From Candidatus Magasanikiibacteriota bacterium (GTDB taxonomy: Bacteria; Patescibacteriota; Patescibacteriia; Magasanikbacterales; UBA922), in assembly GCA_016207245.1 (NCBI GenBank), contig JACQQA010000012.1:5722-69721 (forward strand): DNA of 64,000 nt. The letters are read 5' to 3'. Each line of letters opens with the position of its first letter. The first letter of the stretch is position 1. The position numbers were made by a program, and so were the translations under genes. Below are positions 34,878-43,743 of this stretch, one piece after another. The notes under the pieces are model-generated. The model had not been told where the DNA came from. It ran no database searches and saw nothing but the letters and a program-made list of their open reading frames with translations.

Positions 34878-36247
34878 GCGATATGAAAAGCGGTAATAAT
34901 ACAATCTTCATCTGCTCCAACTGCGGCGCCCAATACCAAAAATGGACGGGTAGATGTTTAGAGTGTGGAAAATGGGGAACCGTCGTTGAACAGAATGCAG
35001 AATACAGCGAACAGAAAGCAAACGAAAAGAATTATGCACCGACTAAAACAATTAAATTATCAGAAATTAAAGGAGAAAATGTAAAAAGACAGCAGACGAA
35101 TTTGGCTGAATTTGATCGGGTGTTGGGCGGCCCTTCGACAAGCTCGGGGCAAGGCGGGATTGTGCCGGGGAGTTTAATTTTGCTGGGCGGAGAACCGGGA
35201 ATCGGCAAATCAACCTTGGCAATTCAATTGGCCGCAATAATACCAAACACGTTATATATTTCCGGCGAAGAATCCGTGGAACAAATAAAATTACGCGCTG
35301 AACGTCTACGGCTTACGGCTTCTAGCTTACGGCTGGCCAATGAAACATTGGTGGAAAAAATCTGCGCCACGATTAAAGAAACAAAATCGCCGTTGGCGAT
35401 AATTGATTCCATCCAAACAATTTATTCCGACGAAGTTCCCGGTGAACAAGGCAACATCAATCAAATTAAAGCCTGCGCGGTAAAACTTTTGGAAACCGCG
35501 AAATCAACCAACACCGCGATAGTCATTGTCGGCCACGTGACCAAAGACGGCGAGGTCGCCGGACCAAAAACCTTGGAACATTTGGTTGATGTTGTTCTTT
35601 ATCTTGAAGGCGAGCGCTATCATCAATATAGAATTTTAAGAACGGTAAAAAACCGATTTGGCCCGACTGATGAAGTGGGTATTTTTGAAATGAAAGAAAA
35701 TGGCTTGCAGGAAGTAAAGAATCCTTCCGCCAGTTTTCTTTCCGAACGCGGAGAAAATATGCCGGGAAGCGTTGTTACTTGTTTGTTGGAAGGAACGCGT
35801 CCGCTGTTGGTGGAAATTCAAGCGCTGGTAAATAAAACATCATTCGGCTATCCGGTGCGCAAAGCCAGCGGGTTTGATTTGAATCGTCTGCATGTTTTAA
35901 CCGCGGTTTTGCAAAAACGCGCCGGCTTGAATCTGGCGCAATATGATATTCATCTCAATGTTGTCGGCGGCATCACTGCCGACGAACCCGCGGCTGACTT
36001 GGCTGTTTGTCTCGCCATCGCCAGCGCTTACAAAGATAAAAAACTCGGCGCGGATTTAGCTGTCTTCGGCGAGGTCGGACTCGGCGGCGAAGTGCGCGGC
36101 GTTACGCAAATTGAAAAAAGAGTGAGAGAGTGCGAGAAGTTAGGAGTGAAGAGGGTGATTACACACCTAAATACGCAAGCACTTAAACACTTAAACATCA
36201 AAGTGACAGATGTGAAGAACATACAGGAGCTGATAAGACAGACGTAA
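34862..36247 (+). CDS. radA: DNA repair protein RadA (Sms)
   Basis: Zinc finger CSNCGAQYQKWTGRCLECGKWG, Walker A GGEPGIGKSTL and a Lon-like C-terminal domain. The probable start is M at ~34883. An in-frame repeat-derived insertion (PSTSSGQG) lies at 35133-35158. Confidence 0.85.
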   Translation: MHYQISDMKSGNNTIFICSNCGAQYQKWTGRCLECGKWGTVVEQNAEYSEQKANEKNYAPTKTIKLSEIKGENVKRQQTNLAEFDRVLGGPSTSSGQGGIVPGSLILLGGEPGIGKSTLAIQLAAIIPNTLYISGEESVEQIKLRAERLRLTASSLRLANETLVEKICATIKETKSPLAIIDSIQTIYSDEVPGEQGNINQIKACAVKLLETAKSTNTAIVIVGHVTKDGEVAGPKTLEHLVDVVLYLEGERYHQYRILRTVKNRFGPTDEVGIFEMKENGLQEVKNPSASFLSERGENMPGSVVTCLLEGTRPLLVEIQALVNKTSFGYPVRKASGFDLNRLHVLTAVLQKRAGLNLAQYDIHLNVVGGITADEPAADLAVCLAIASAYKDKKLGADLAVFGEVGLGGEVRGVTQIEKRVRECEKLGVKRVITHLNTQALKHLNIKVTDVKNIQELIRQT

Positions 36248-36377
36248 AAGTGAAGAGTTGTTAAATTGTTGAACCCCCAAAGAATTAAACCCGCAATCAT
36301 CTCAAAAAAAATTTAAGATAATTGTGGGTGGCAACGCAGTATTTTTTCCTCCTTTCTTCACCACCCACCACTTCACC

Positions 36378-36536
36378 CTACGAGGGCCACACCGGCGACA
36401 ATCCAACGGCCCCCCAGAACCAATTGCCTTCAGTTGGTGTTTGATGACCGGACTTGCCCTCCTGCTGGAAAAGATCCTCCCGGGCCGGCTCCTGCGAACC
36501 GTCCCCGCTCTGACGAACCTGTTCTTCCTGCGTCAT
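36378..36536 (-). CDS. Small acidic hypothetical protein (52 aa), second gene of a two-gene mini-operon in the GC-rich islet
   Basis: SD AAAAAGGAGGG precedes ATG (MTQEEQVRQSGDGSQEPAREDLFQQEG...). The tracked 123-aa ORF is an upstream extension in a frame overlapping the previous gene. Confidence 0.35.
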   Translation of the reverse strand: MTQEEQVRQSGDGSQEPAREDLFQQEGKSGHQTPTEGNWFWGAVGLSPVWPS

Positions 36537-36577
36537 TTCACTTCCCTCCTTTTTCATCTCTCTCTGCCAGATGACCA

Positions 36578-36781
36578 TCATCTGACCTGCTGCATCGACT
36601 TTCCGAGCGTCAGTCTCTCCACCTTCTGTCCGAACCCGTTCAGTCCCGCGAGAATTTTTTTCTGCGCTTCCGGCACGTATTCCGTGCCTTTGCCATCCAA
36701 ATGGCCTTCCTCGCAGAACCGACCGTTTGGCTGCACAGCAGCCCCGCACTTAGCGCATCTCCTCGGCCTCTTCTTTCCCAT
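36578..36781 (-). CDS. Small zinc-ribbon protein (67 aa) in a GC-rich islet
   Basis: Strong SD (AAAGGAGGGG) 5 nt upstream of the ATG. Sequence MGKKRPRRCAKCGAAVQPNGRFCEEGH fits the CxxCG...FCxxxG zinc-ribbon pattern. The tracked 91-aa ORF is an upstream extension. Confidence 0.45.
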   Translation of the reverse strand: MGKKRPRRCAKCGAAVQPNGRFCEEGHLDGKGTEYVPEAQKKILAGLNGFGQKVERLTLGKSMQQVR

Positions 36782-36835
36782 TACCCCTCCTTTTTTGTAA
36801 TTAACATATACTGCGTTGCCTCGCCACGCCGTAGT

Positions 36836-36924
36836 CCCGCCATGGCGGGACAAAAGCGGGCATTGTAAAGAACGAACGACTGGATTGCTTAGTCAACGCC
36901 TCATCGGCGACTCCTCGCAATGAC
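36836..36924. repeat. Hairpin elements: palindrome CCCGCCATGGCGGG (36836-36849) plus half-element CTGGATTGCTTAGTC...CTCCTCGCAATGAC (36880-36924)
   Basis: Related to the right half of the 23973-24067 element. A terminator-like hairpin (AAAACCCCGCTTTTTCAGCGGGGT) follows at ~36931-36958. Confidence 0.7.
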
Positions 36925-37145
36925 AGAATTAAAAACCCCGCTTTTTCAGCGGGGTATTATTCTTGGTATTATTCGCGCTTACGCACGGATATTCCTTGAA
37001 CAATTCGCCCCGCCGGATACAACGTAAAACAAACGAATCCAGTCAATACGCTTTACGGTTGTCGGACAAATTGTTCTTTGTAAGTTTTTCATACTATTTT
37101 TAGTATATCAAAAACTAGTTTTTACGCAAATCCACTTATCCACAC

Positions 37146-37754
37146 CTACTCAAGTATCCCATCCAAATTCACATCATACAAAATCTCCTCTTGCACCAAA
37201 CGATAGCTAATCAACTCTTCCGGCGCGAACCAGTGTTTGATTTCCATTTCCGCTTCAGGAACCGAACCGGAGGCGTGAATCAAATTGCGAATGGCGCGGT
37301 CGTCTACATCGCTCATTTCGTAAGAATCCAAAACATAATCGCCGCGAATTGACCCGACGTCAGACGTCAGCGGTTCTGTCCCGCCGACCAGTTTGCGGAT
37401 AATTTTCACCGCGTGCGCGCCCTCCCAAACCATCGCCACGACCGGTCCGCAAGAAAGATATTTTTTTAAATTAATTAAAAGTTTATCGGTAATTTCAAAC
37501 GGATTTTCGGTCGGCGGAGTTAAGCCTTTATCTTTGTAGCCCTTGATCGTCTTCTCACCCGTCACTTTGCGCCAATTCGAATCTAAAGTATAATGCTGTT
37601 CCACCTGCTCCGGCGTCGGCACTATCATCTTTAACGCGATCAGTTTCAAGCCGATTGATTCAAAACGTTTAATCACCTCGCCGATAAGCGAACGTTGGAT
37701 TCCGTCCGGTTTGATTATCACCAAACTTTTTTCTTTTTTGCCTGTGTAGGACAT
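37146..37754 (-). CDS. ndk: Nucleoside diphosphate kinase (with lineage-specific insertions)
   Basis: LVIIKPDGIQRSLIGEVIKRFE, GPVVAMVWEG, the active-site region NLIHASGS and the C-terminal WF. At 202 aa it is ~50 aa longer than typical Ndk. Confidence 0.8.
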   Translation of the reverse strand: MSYTGKKEKSLVIIKPDGIQRSLIGEVIKRFESIGLKLIALKMIVPTPEQVEQHYTLDSNWRKVTGEKTIKGYKDKGLTPPTENPFEITDKLLINLKKYLSCGPVVAMVWEGAHAVKIIRKLVGGTEPLTSDVGSIRGDYVLDSYEMSDVDDRAIRNLIHASGSVPEAEMEIKHWFAPEELISYRLVQEEILYDVNLDGILE

Positions 37755-37854
37755 ATTCTTAGATTAAATTTAGTTGATGAAATTATAACAAATTGACCTG
37801 AAAAGTCAAGCTGATCGCTTGCCAAACAGCTGAAATAATGTAAAATATGATTAT

Positions 37855-39360
37855 ATGCTGGAGCAAGAGGAAATCATCGGTAAAAACCCCACCATTGGGT
37901 CTTTGCTGAAAAAAGTTAAAACATACGATGCCAAAGCTGATACTGATCTTATTCGGCTTGCTTATGATTTCGCGGAAAAAGCGCATAGCGGCCAAACCAG
38001 AAAATCAGGCGAACCATACATTATTCATCCTTTGGCAACCGCTCACATTTTGGCCAACATGAGAATAGACCCGGTGATTGTTATCGCGGCGCTCCTGCAC
38101 GATGTGCCCGAAGACACCAAAGTAACCTTGGAAGAACTGGAAAAAAATTTCGGCAGCGAAGTCGCTTCAATGGTCAGAGGCATTACGAAATTGGGAAAAT
38201 TAAAATACCGCGGCGTTGAACGATATATTGAAAACCTGCGCAAAATGTTTATTTCCATGGCTGAAGACGTGCGCGTGATGATTATCAAATTCGCGGACAG
38301 AATCCACAATCTCACCACGCTTGACGCCCTTCCAGCGCCGAAACAATATCGCATCGCTTTGGAAAGTTTGGAAATCTACGCGCCGATCGCCGGACGGCTG
38401 GGTATGGATGAAATCAAAGGCTGGCTGGAAGATTTGTCTTTTAAATATGTTTATCCGAAAGAATACGCGCACATCAAACAAATCCGCGATGAACGGATGC
38501 GCGGAAAAGAAAAATTTTTGCAAGACGCGCAGGACCGCGCCTGGGATGAATTAAAAACCGCCGGCATCAAAACCATAGACCTCTACGGACGTAACAAACG
38601 GCTCTATAGTTTATACCAAAAACTACAGCGTAAAGGCAATGAAATCGCCAAAGTCCATGACATCGTCGCTCTGCGCATTATTGTCCCGACTTTAGCGGAT
38701 TGTTACGCGGCTTTGGGGATTTTGCATAAAATCTGGCGGCCAATGCCTGGCCGAATTAAAGATTATATCGCTCAGCCAAAACCAAACGGCTACCAATCTC
38801 TCCATACCACTGTATTTACGGAAACGGGGGAAATGGTTGAGTTTCAAATTAGAACTCTGGAAATGCACGAGGAGGCGGAGTTCGGCGTCGCGGCGCATTG
38901 GCATTATGATGAACGCGGGCACAAACGGCCGGCGAAAGAAATCAGCTGGGTGAAAGAACTGGCGGAAATACAAAAAGACGTATTGAGCCGACTTTCTGAT
39001 TTAGATGAAATAAAGGTTGATTTTTTGAAATCTCGCATCTTCGTTTTCACTCCTAAAGGCGACGTGATTGATCTGCCGGAAGGCGCCACACCGATTGATT
39101 TCGCCTATCACATCCACACCGCGATCGGCAACAAGTGCAACGGCTCTATAGTTAACGAACAAATGACAAGTTTGGATACCGCTTTAAAAAATGGCGATGT
39201 GGTGGAAATTATTACTGACAAAAATCGCAAAGGTCCGAACCGCGATTGGTTAAAATTCACCAAAACCCATACCGCCAGAATGAATATAAAAAATGCCCTT
39301 CGCTTGCAGGAAAAGAGCTTTATCACCGGATGGATCAAGCAGGTGGTAGGGAAGAAATAG
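37855..39360 (+). CDS. relA: (p)ppGpp synthetase/hydrolase RelA/SpoT homolog (HD, synthetase and TGS domains; no ACT domain)
   Basis: HD motif HSGQTRKSGEPYIIHPLATAHIL and LLHDVPEDT; synthetase motif RIIVPTLADCYAALGILHKIW; TGS DVIDLPEGATPIDFAYHIHT. 501 aa. Confidence 0.85.
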   Translation: MLEQEEIIGKNPTIGSLLKKVKTYDAKADTDLIRLAYDFAEKAHSGQTRKSGEPYIIHPLATAHILANMRIDPVIVIAALLHDVPEDTKVTLEELEKNFGSEVASMVRGITKLGKLKYRGVERYIENLRKMFISMAEDVRVMIIKFADRIHNLTTLDALPAPKQYRIALESLEIYAPIAGRLGMDEIKGWLEDLSFKYVYPKEYAHIKQIRDERMRGKEKFLQDAQDRAWDELKTAGIKTIDLYGRNKRLYSLYQKLQRKGNEIAKVHDIVALRIIVPTLADCYAALGILHKIWRPMPGRIKDYIAQPKPNGYQSLHTTVFTETGEMVEFQIRTLEMHEEAEFGVAAHWHYDERGHKRPAKEISWVKELAEIQKDVLSRLSDLDEIKVDFLKSRIFVFTPKGDVIDLPEGATPIDFAYHIHTAIGNKCNGSIVNEQMTSLDTALKNGDVVEIITDKNRKGPNRDWLKFTKTHTARMNIKNALRLQEKSFITGWIKQVVGKK

Positions 39361-39361
39361 T

Positions 39362-39482
39362 CCACTAATACGACGACCACCAATTACACTAATAAATAAA
39401 GATGGTAAACAGAAATTACCATCTTTTGTTTTCCTAATTGGCTTTATTGTATTAATGTCGATTAGTGGTCGCGTATTAGTGG
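39362..39482. repeat. ~121-bp MITE-like element with 18-19-bp terminal inverted repeats (CCACTAATACGACGACCAC ... GTGGTCGCGTATTAGTGG) enclosing a bidirectional terminator
   Basis: Inner hairpin GATGGTAAacagaaaTTACCATC followed by TTTTGTTTT, located between the convergent relA and parB genes. Confidence 0.6.
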
Positions 39483-39485
39483 GCT

Positions 39486-40370
39486 CTACGCCAACTCCTC
39501 TAAAATCCTCTTCAAATCACTGGACGAATAATAATCAATAATAATCCTCCCTCTCTCCCCAACTTTTGTAATCTGGACTTTGGTTCCCAATCTTTCTTCC
39601 AACATTTTTTCCTGCGCCAAGACATTCGGATCGCGGCGGACAGAACCTTTGCGGGATTTTTGCCCGTAATCCGCGACAGTACGCTCAACTTCGCGCACGG
39701 TAATATTCTGCCCGATCATGCTGTGGAATAACTTCATCATTTCTTTTTCATCTTTCAAACTCAACAGCGCACGCGCTTTCCCCGTGCTGATCCGGCCGTC
39801 AATCAGCGCTTTCTGCGCCTCTTCCGGCAAATTAAGCAAACGTAGCATGTTGCTCACGGTCGGACGCTCTTTGCCGACCTGTTCCGCGACCTCCTGGTGC
39901 GACAGGCCAAACTCCTCAATCAGACGTTTGTAAGCAAACGCTTCTTCAATCGGATTCAAATCCTGGCGCTGGATATTCTCTATCAAGGCCAATTCAAGTT
40001 TTTCCTGCTGGGTCGCGGAACGGACAATCGCCGGAATCGTAACCAGGCCGGCGATCTGCGACGCGCGCAATCTCCTTTCGCCGCTTATCAATTCATAACC
40101 GCCGTCAGCTTTTTCCGTTGCGGTAATCGGCTGTAAAATGCCGTGCTTTTTAATTGAAGCGACCAAATCTTCCAAATCCTGATGAGAAAAATTGCGCCGC
40201 GGCTGTTCCGGATTCGGCGCGATTTCCGATAGCGGAATATTCCAAACCCGCGCCCCGTCGCCTTGGCCGTTTTCCTTGTGGATAACTTTCCGCGGCTTAA
40301 TCTGCGGAATCAGCGAACTAAGTCCCTTCCCTAATGGCATAGTAATCAATTTTAATTTCCAATTTAACAA
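39486..40370 (-). CDS. parB: Chromosome partitioning protein ParB (Spo0J)
   Basis: ParB box ISGERRLRAS and an N-terminal GLSSLIP motif; 294 aa. Confidence 0.85.
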   Translation of the reverse strand: MLNWKLKLITMPLGKGLSSLIPQIKPRKVIHKENGQGDGARVWNIPLSEIAPNPEQPRRNFSHQDLEDLVASIKKHGILQPITATEKADGGYELISGERRLRASQIAGLVTIPAIVRSATQQEKLELALIENIQRQDLNPIEEAFAYKRLIEEFGLSHQEVAEQVGKERPTVSNMLRLLNLPEEAQKALIDGRISTGKARALLSLKDEKEMMKLFHSMIGQNITVREVERTVADYGQKSRKGSVRRDPNVLAQEKMLEERLGTKVQITKVGERGRIIIDYYSSSDLKRILEELA

Positions 40371-40393
40371 TTTTATAATTTAACCATAACTCA

Positions 40394-41167
40394 TCAATCC
40401 ACTCGCTGATGTTTTTCCAAAACTTCTTTCGCCAGTCGCTCGTACGCTCGTCCGCCCTTGCCATACGGGTCATAGTGCAAAATTGACTTTCCAAAACTCG
40501 GCGCTTCCGCCAAACGCACAGTGCGCGGAATAACCGTGCGGAAAATCGCGTCAGGAAAATATTTATATAATTCATTCATCACATCTTCCGATAATCTGGT
40601 GCGCTGGTCAAACATAGTTAACACCGCGCCCAAAACTTTCAACTCCGGCTTGATATGCGTTTGCACTAAATTGATTGTTTCCAAAAGCTGGCCCAATCCC
40701 TCAAGCGCGTAATATTCCGCTTGCACGGGAATTAATAATTCATCCGCCGCCACCAAACTATTAACTGTCAAAAGCCCTAACGATGGCGGACAATCAACGA
40801 TAATATAATCATAAGCGTGATTCGCTTCTGCCAATAAATCCGCCAGTTGATGCTCTCGACGCTCAACATCAATCAATTCGATATTCGCGCCAGCTAGATT
40901 CGGCGTGCTGGGAGCCAGCCGCAGTCCTTCGTGAGCGGTATTCCTCACAATATCATGCAAGCGTCTTTGCTTTGCCAGCGCTTCGTAAATTCCCTGCTCA
41001 ACTTTATCTTTACCAAAACCCAAACCACTGGAAGCGTTGCCTTGCGGGTCCATATCAACTAACAATACAAAACGACCCAGCTCTGACAAATAAGCCGCCA
41101 AATTCATCGCTGTCGTGGTCTTTCCCACCCCGCCCTTTTGATTGACAATGGAAATTATTTTCGCCAT
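40394..41167 (-). CDS. parA: Chromosome partitioning ATPase ParA (Soj)
   Basis: Deviant Walker A KGGVGKTTT beginning MAKIISIVNQKGGVGKTTTA. The tracked ORF extends to 41185. Confidence 0.85.
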   Translation of the reverse strand: MAKIISIVNQKGGVGKTTTAMNLAAYLSELGRFVLLVDMDPQGNASSGLGFGKDKVEQGIYEALAKQRRLHDIVRNTAHEGLRLAPSTPNLAGANIELIDVERREHQLADLLAEANHAYDYIIVDCPPSLGLLTVNSLVAADELLIPVQAEYYALEGLGQLLETINLVQTHIKPELKVLGAVLTMFDQRTRLSEDVMNELYKYFPDAIFRTVIPRTVRLAEAPSFGKSILHYDPYGKGGRAYERLAKEVLEKHQRVD

Positions 41168-41230
41168 GCTCACATTATACACCAAATTGACAAAAAAAAG
41201 AATATCCTATATGATATTATCAGCAAAAAT

Positions 41231-41314
41231 GCCCGAGTGGCGGAATTGGTAGACGCGCACGACTCAAAATCGTGTGGCCGTAAGGTCATGAGAGTTCGAT
41301 TCTCTCCCCGGGCA
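41231..41314 (+). tRNA. tRNA-Leu (anticodon CAA), long variable arm
   Basis: GCCCGAGTGGCGGAATTGGTAGACGC D-arm. The anticodon stem-loop CACGA-CTCAAAA-TCGTG gives CAA. Variable arm TGGCCGTAAGGTCATG; T-arm GAGAGTTCGATTCTCTC. The acceptor stem has one A6-C67 mismatch. Confidence 0.75.
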
Positions 41315-41333
41315 CTTTAACACTTACTAACAT

Positions 41334-42371
41334 TTACTCTAGCCATTTATAATTATTGAACGCCCATTCGGAGATTTTTTTTGCTTCATTAAATCTGGCC
41401 TCGTGGCTCTCCGCGCCTAAAATAACAACATCAACCACATGTCCGACACCGTCGCCAACCCGCATGGTGAAATTATAACCGGAAGCGGCAATATAACCGG
41501 TTTTTCCGCCATAAAATTCCTTAAATTGATGCGGAATCCAGCCTAAAAGCAGCCAGTCCGTATTCCACATGTGATGATTTTTTTCTCTCTCTTTTGAATA
41601 TAAATTATATTCGGTTGTCAACAGCGCCTTAGTAATTTTTTCTTTTTTCATTACTTCATTCAACAAAATCGCCGTGTCTGACGCGCTTGCCATATCTCCG
41701 GCATCCAATCCGGTGGGATCAACAAACACTGAATCAGCCATACCTAATTCGCGCGCTTTCTGATTCATGCGCTCTACAAACGCGGTTTCTGTCCAACCCA
41801 AAGCGCTCACTAATGATATGATGGCTTTGTTTGAAGAACCAATTAGACCCGCCTGCCACAATTCATCAAGCGTATACACATCACCGGCATACATATGCGC
41901 GTCTAAAGCGTCCTCTCCTATCACAATAGTTGAGGTAGCCCAGTCAGGATTATTTTCTAAAATAACCAGCGCGCTCATCAGTTTGGTGATACTGGCCAAC
42001 GGCCACTTGTCATATTCATTTTTGCGATACAACAATGCGCCAGTCTCGCGATCTTTTACCATTACGCTGTGCGCGGTAAAACTCTCCGGCGGCAAAATTT
42101 CTCCAATCAATTCCGGCAGTTGGGGTTTAACAATCGGCGGCGGAACTTCAATATCTCCGCCGATTTTAAATTTTTGCATTACTTTATTCGGTGTCAATGA
42201 TTCAATTTTTTCTAAAACCATTTGATTACCAACACCTAACTGCCTCAACAGTCCTCCGGCGCCAACCAAAACCAAAACTAATACGGCCACGACAGCGCGC
42301 CAGCGCTCGCCCTGAGCGAACGAAGTGAGTCGAAAGGGATTATTATTGTTTTCCAAAAAATTTAATGCCAT
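41334..42371 (-). CDS. D-alanyl-D-alanine carboxypeptidase (serine peptidase S11 / PBP5 family)
   Basis: SxxK (ASITKLM), SxN (GSSNKA) and KTG (GGKTGY) motifs in canonical order; N-terminal TM anchor. Confidence 0.7.
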   Translation of the reverse strand: MALNFLENNNNPFRLTSFAQGERWRAVVAVLVLVLVGAGGLLRQLGVGNQMVLEKIESLTPNKVMQKFKIGGDIEVPPPIVKPQLPELIGEILPPESFTAHSVMVKDRETGALLYRKNEYDKWPLASITKLMSALVILENNPDWATSTIVIGEDALDAHMYAGDVYTLDELWQAGLIGSSNKAIISLVSALGWTETAFVERMNQKARELGMADSVFVDPTGLDAGDMASASDTAILLNEVMKKEKITKALLTTEYNLYSKEREKNHHMWNTDWLLLGWIPHQFKEFYGGKTGYIAASGYNFTMRVGDGVGHVVDVVILGAESHEARFNEAKKISEWAFNNYKWLE

Positions 42372-42374
42372 AAG

Positions 42375-42923
42375 TCAACTCTGCTGTTCAGTGATATTAA
42401 GCGTGTTTTCCAAATGTTCGTGTTTATGCAGAGTTGAGTAATCTGGCAACTCTGACGCTGAACTGACGCCCAGATGCCGCAATGCTTCCATCGATAAACT
42501 ATAAACCGGCAGGGGTTTCTCTTGATCCTCATTCTCATCAATCAAACCACGCATTAATAAATTGCGCAAAATAATCGCGCAATTAACACCGCGGATCTGC
42601 TCCAATTCCGGCCGGGTAATCGGCCCGCGGTAAGCGATAACGGTTAGAGTTTCCAATTGCGGTTTGGTCAACTCCCCGGCCGCTTCATCTTTGATAAATA
42701 AATCGACTGCCGCGCTGTTGTCCGGATCAGTAGCCATTTGATAATTTTCGCCTTCATGCAAAATACGCAAACCGGATGCCGTTTGATTGTATCTTGCTTT
42801 CAAATCCTCCAGCGCCGATTCCACATCAACAGTTTTTTGCCCCAAGGCCTTGGCAATCTGCCGAGCGGACAGCGGCTTGGAAGCGACAAAGAGGATCGAT
42901 TCAATTTGAGAGGTCAGTGACAT
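42375..42923 (-). CDS. scpB: Segregation and condensation protein B
   Basis: SQIESILFVASKPLSARQIAKAL winged-helix N-terminus; 182 aa, immediately downstream of scpA. Confidence 0.75.
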   Translation of the reverse strand: MSLTSQIESILFVASKPLSARQIAKALGQKTVDVESALEDLKARYNQTASGLRILHEGENYQMATDPDNSAAVDLFIKDEAAGELTKPQLETLTVIAYRGPITRPELEQIRGVNCAIILRNLLMRGLIDENEDQEKPLPVYSLSMEALRHLGVSSASELPDYSTLHKHEHLENTLNITEQQS

Positions 42924-42935
42924 AAAAATAAAATG

Positions 42936-43634
42936 CTAACATGCTTTCACCCTTTCCATCATAATATCTTCAAAATTCCCCCCCTGTTTCAAAAAAATCC
43001 CTTCCTGTTTAACCAATTCCAGCAAAGCCAAAAAACTCACAATCAGTTCCGTCCGGCTTCTGCTACCCTTGAGAATGCCGAACAAACTTGCCTGCTTCGC
43101 CCTTGCCAATATTTTTTTAATCTCTTCAATTTTTTCTTTCACGGAAACAGTTTTATCAATCTGCGTCTGCGGCAATGGCGGCAGTGGCTTCAACTTCCTA
43201 ATTAGTTTCTCCAAACTTGACCGCAGATTTTCAGCGGAAAAATTTTTCGGCGGGATAAATTCAGCTGGACGGCGGGGCGGTTCCACCCTAAATACCGAAC
43301 GCCGCGGCTCGTTCCAGCGCCGATTAAACTTCTTGCTTGCTGAAATAAACGCCTGATAAAGCCGTAGTTGATCTGCCAAAGATGGTCCGTCTTCCTCATC
43401 CTTGCCCAATTGCGGCAATAATTCTCTGGATTTAATAAACAACAACCGAGTGGCCACCACTAAAAAATCGGCCAAGTCTTCCGGCCGCTTATCCTCTATT
43501 TTGGAAAGATGATCCAAAAACTGTTCCGTAACTTCCGACAGCGCCAGTTCGCTCACGCTCATTTGCTTTTCTTCTATCAAGTTAAGCAGAACATCCAATG
43601 GACCGGAAAACTTGTCTAGTTTGAAATGCATAAC
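42936..43634 (-). CDS. scpA: Segregation and condensation protein A
   Basis: Starts MHFKLDKFSGPLDVLLNLIEEKQMSV (ScpA N-terminal signature). The tracked ORF extends upstream to 43790, overlapping aspS. Confidence 0.7.
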   Translation of the reverse strand, partial: VMHFKLDKFSGPLDVLLNLIEEKQMSVSELALSEVTEQFLDHLSKIEDKRPEDLADFLVVATRLLFIKSRELLPQLGKDEEDGPSLADQLRLYQAFISASKKFNRRWNEPRRSVFRVEPPRRPAEFIPPKNFSAENLRSSLEKLIRKLKPLPPLPQTQIDKTVSVKEKIEEIKKILARAKQASLFGILKGSRSRTELIVSFLALLELVKQEGIFLKQGGNFEDIMMERVKAC

Positions 43635-43743
43635 GACAAAAAACAGAATACCGATAGCAGAATGCCACGAGTTGGCGATAGCAGTTAAAAATTCTTCGCA
43701 AATGTATTCTGTTATCTGATTTCTGTATTCTGAAAACCAATTT

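Noticed and set aside
35305-35340. Short TACGGCT-like 7-mer direct repeats inside radA (RLRLTASSLRLA)
   Set aside because: They are weak and imperfect and sit in a linker region. This is probably low-complexity codon repetition rather than a mobile repeat.
41138-41320. 60-aa ORF overlapping tRNA-Leu
   Set aside because: The sequence is a tRNA-Leu with canonical arms. The ORF is incidental.
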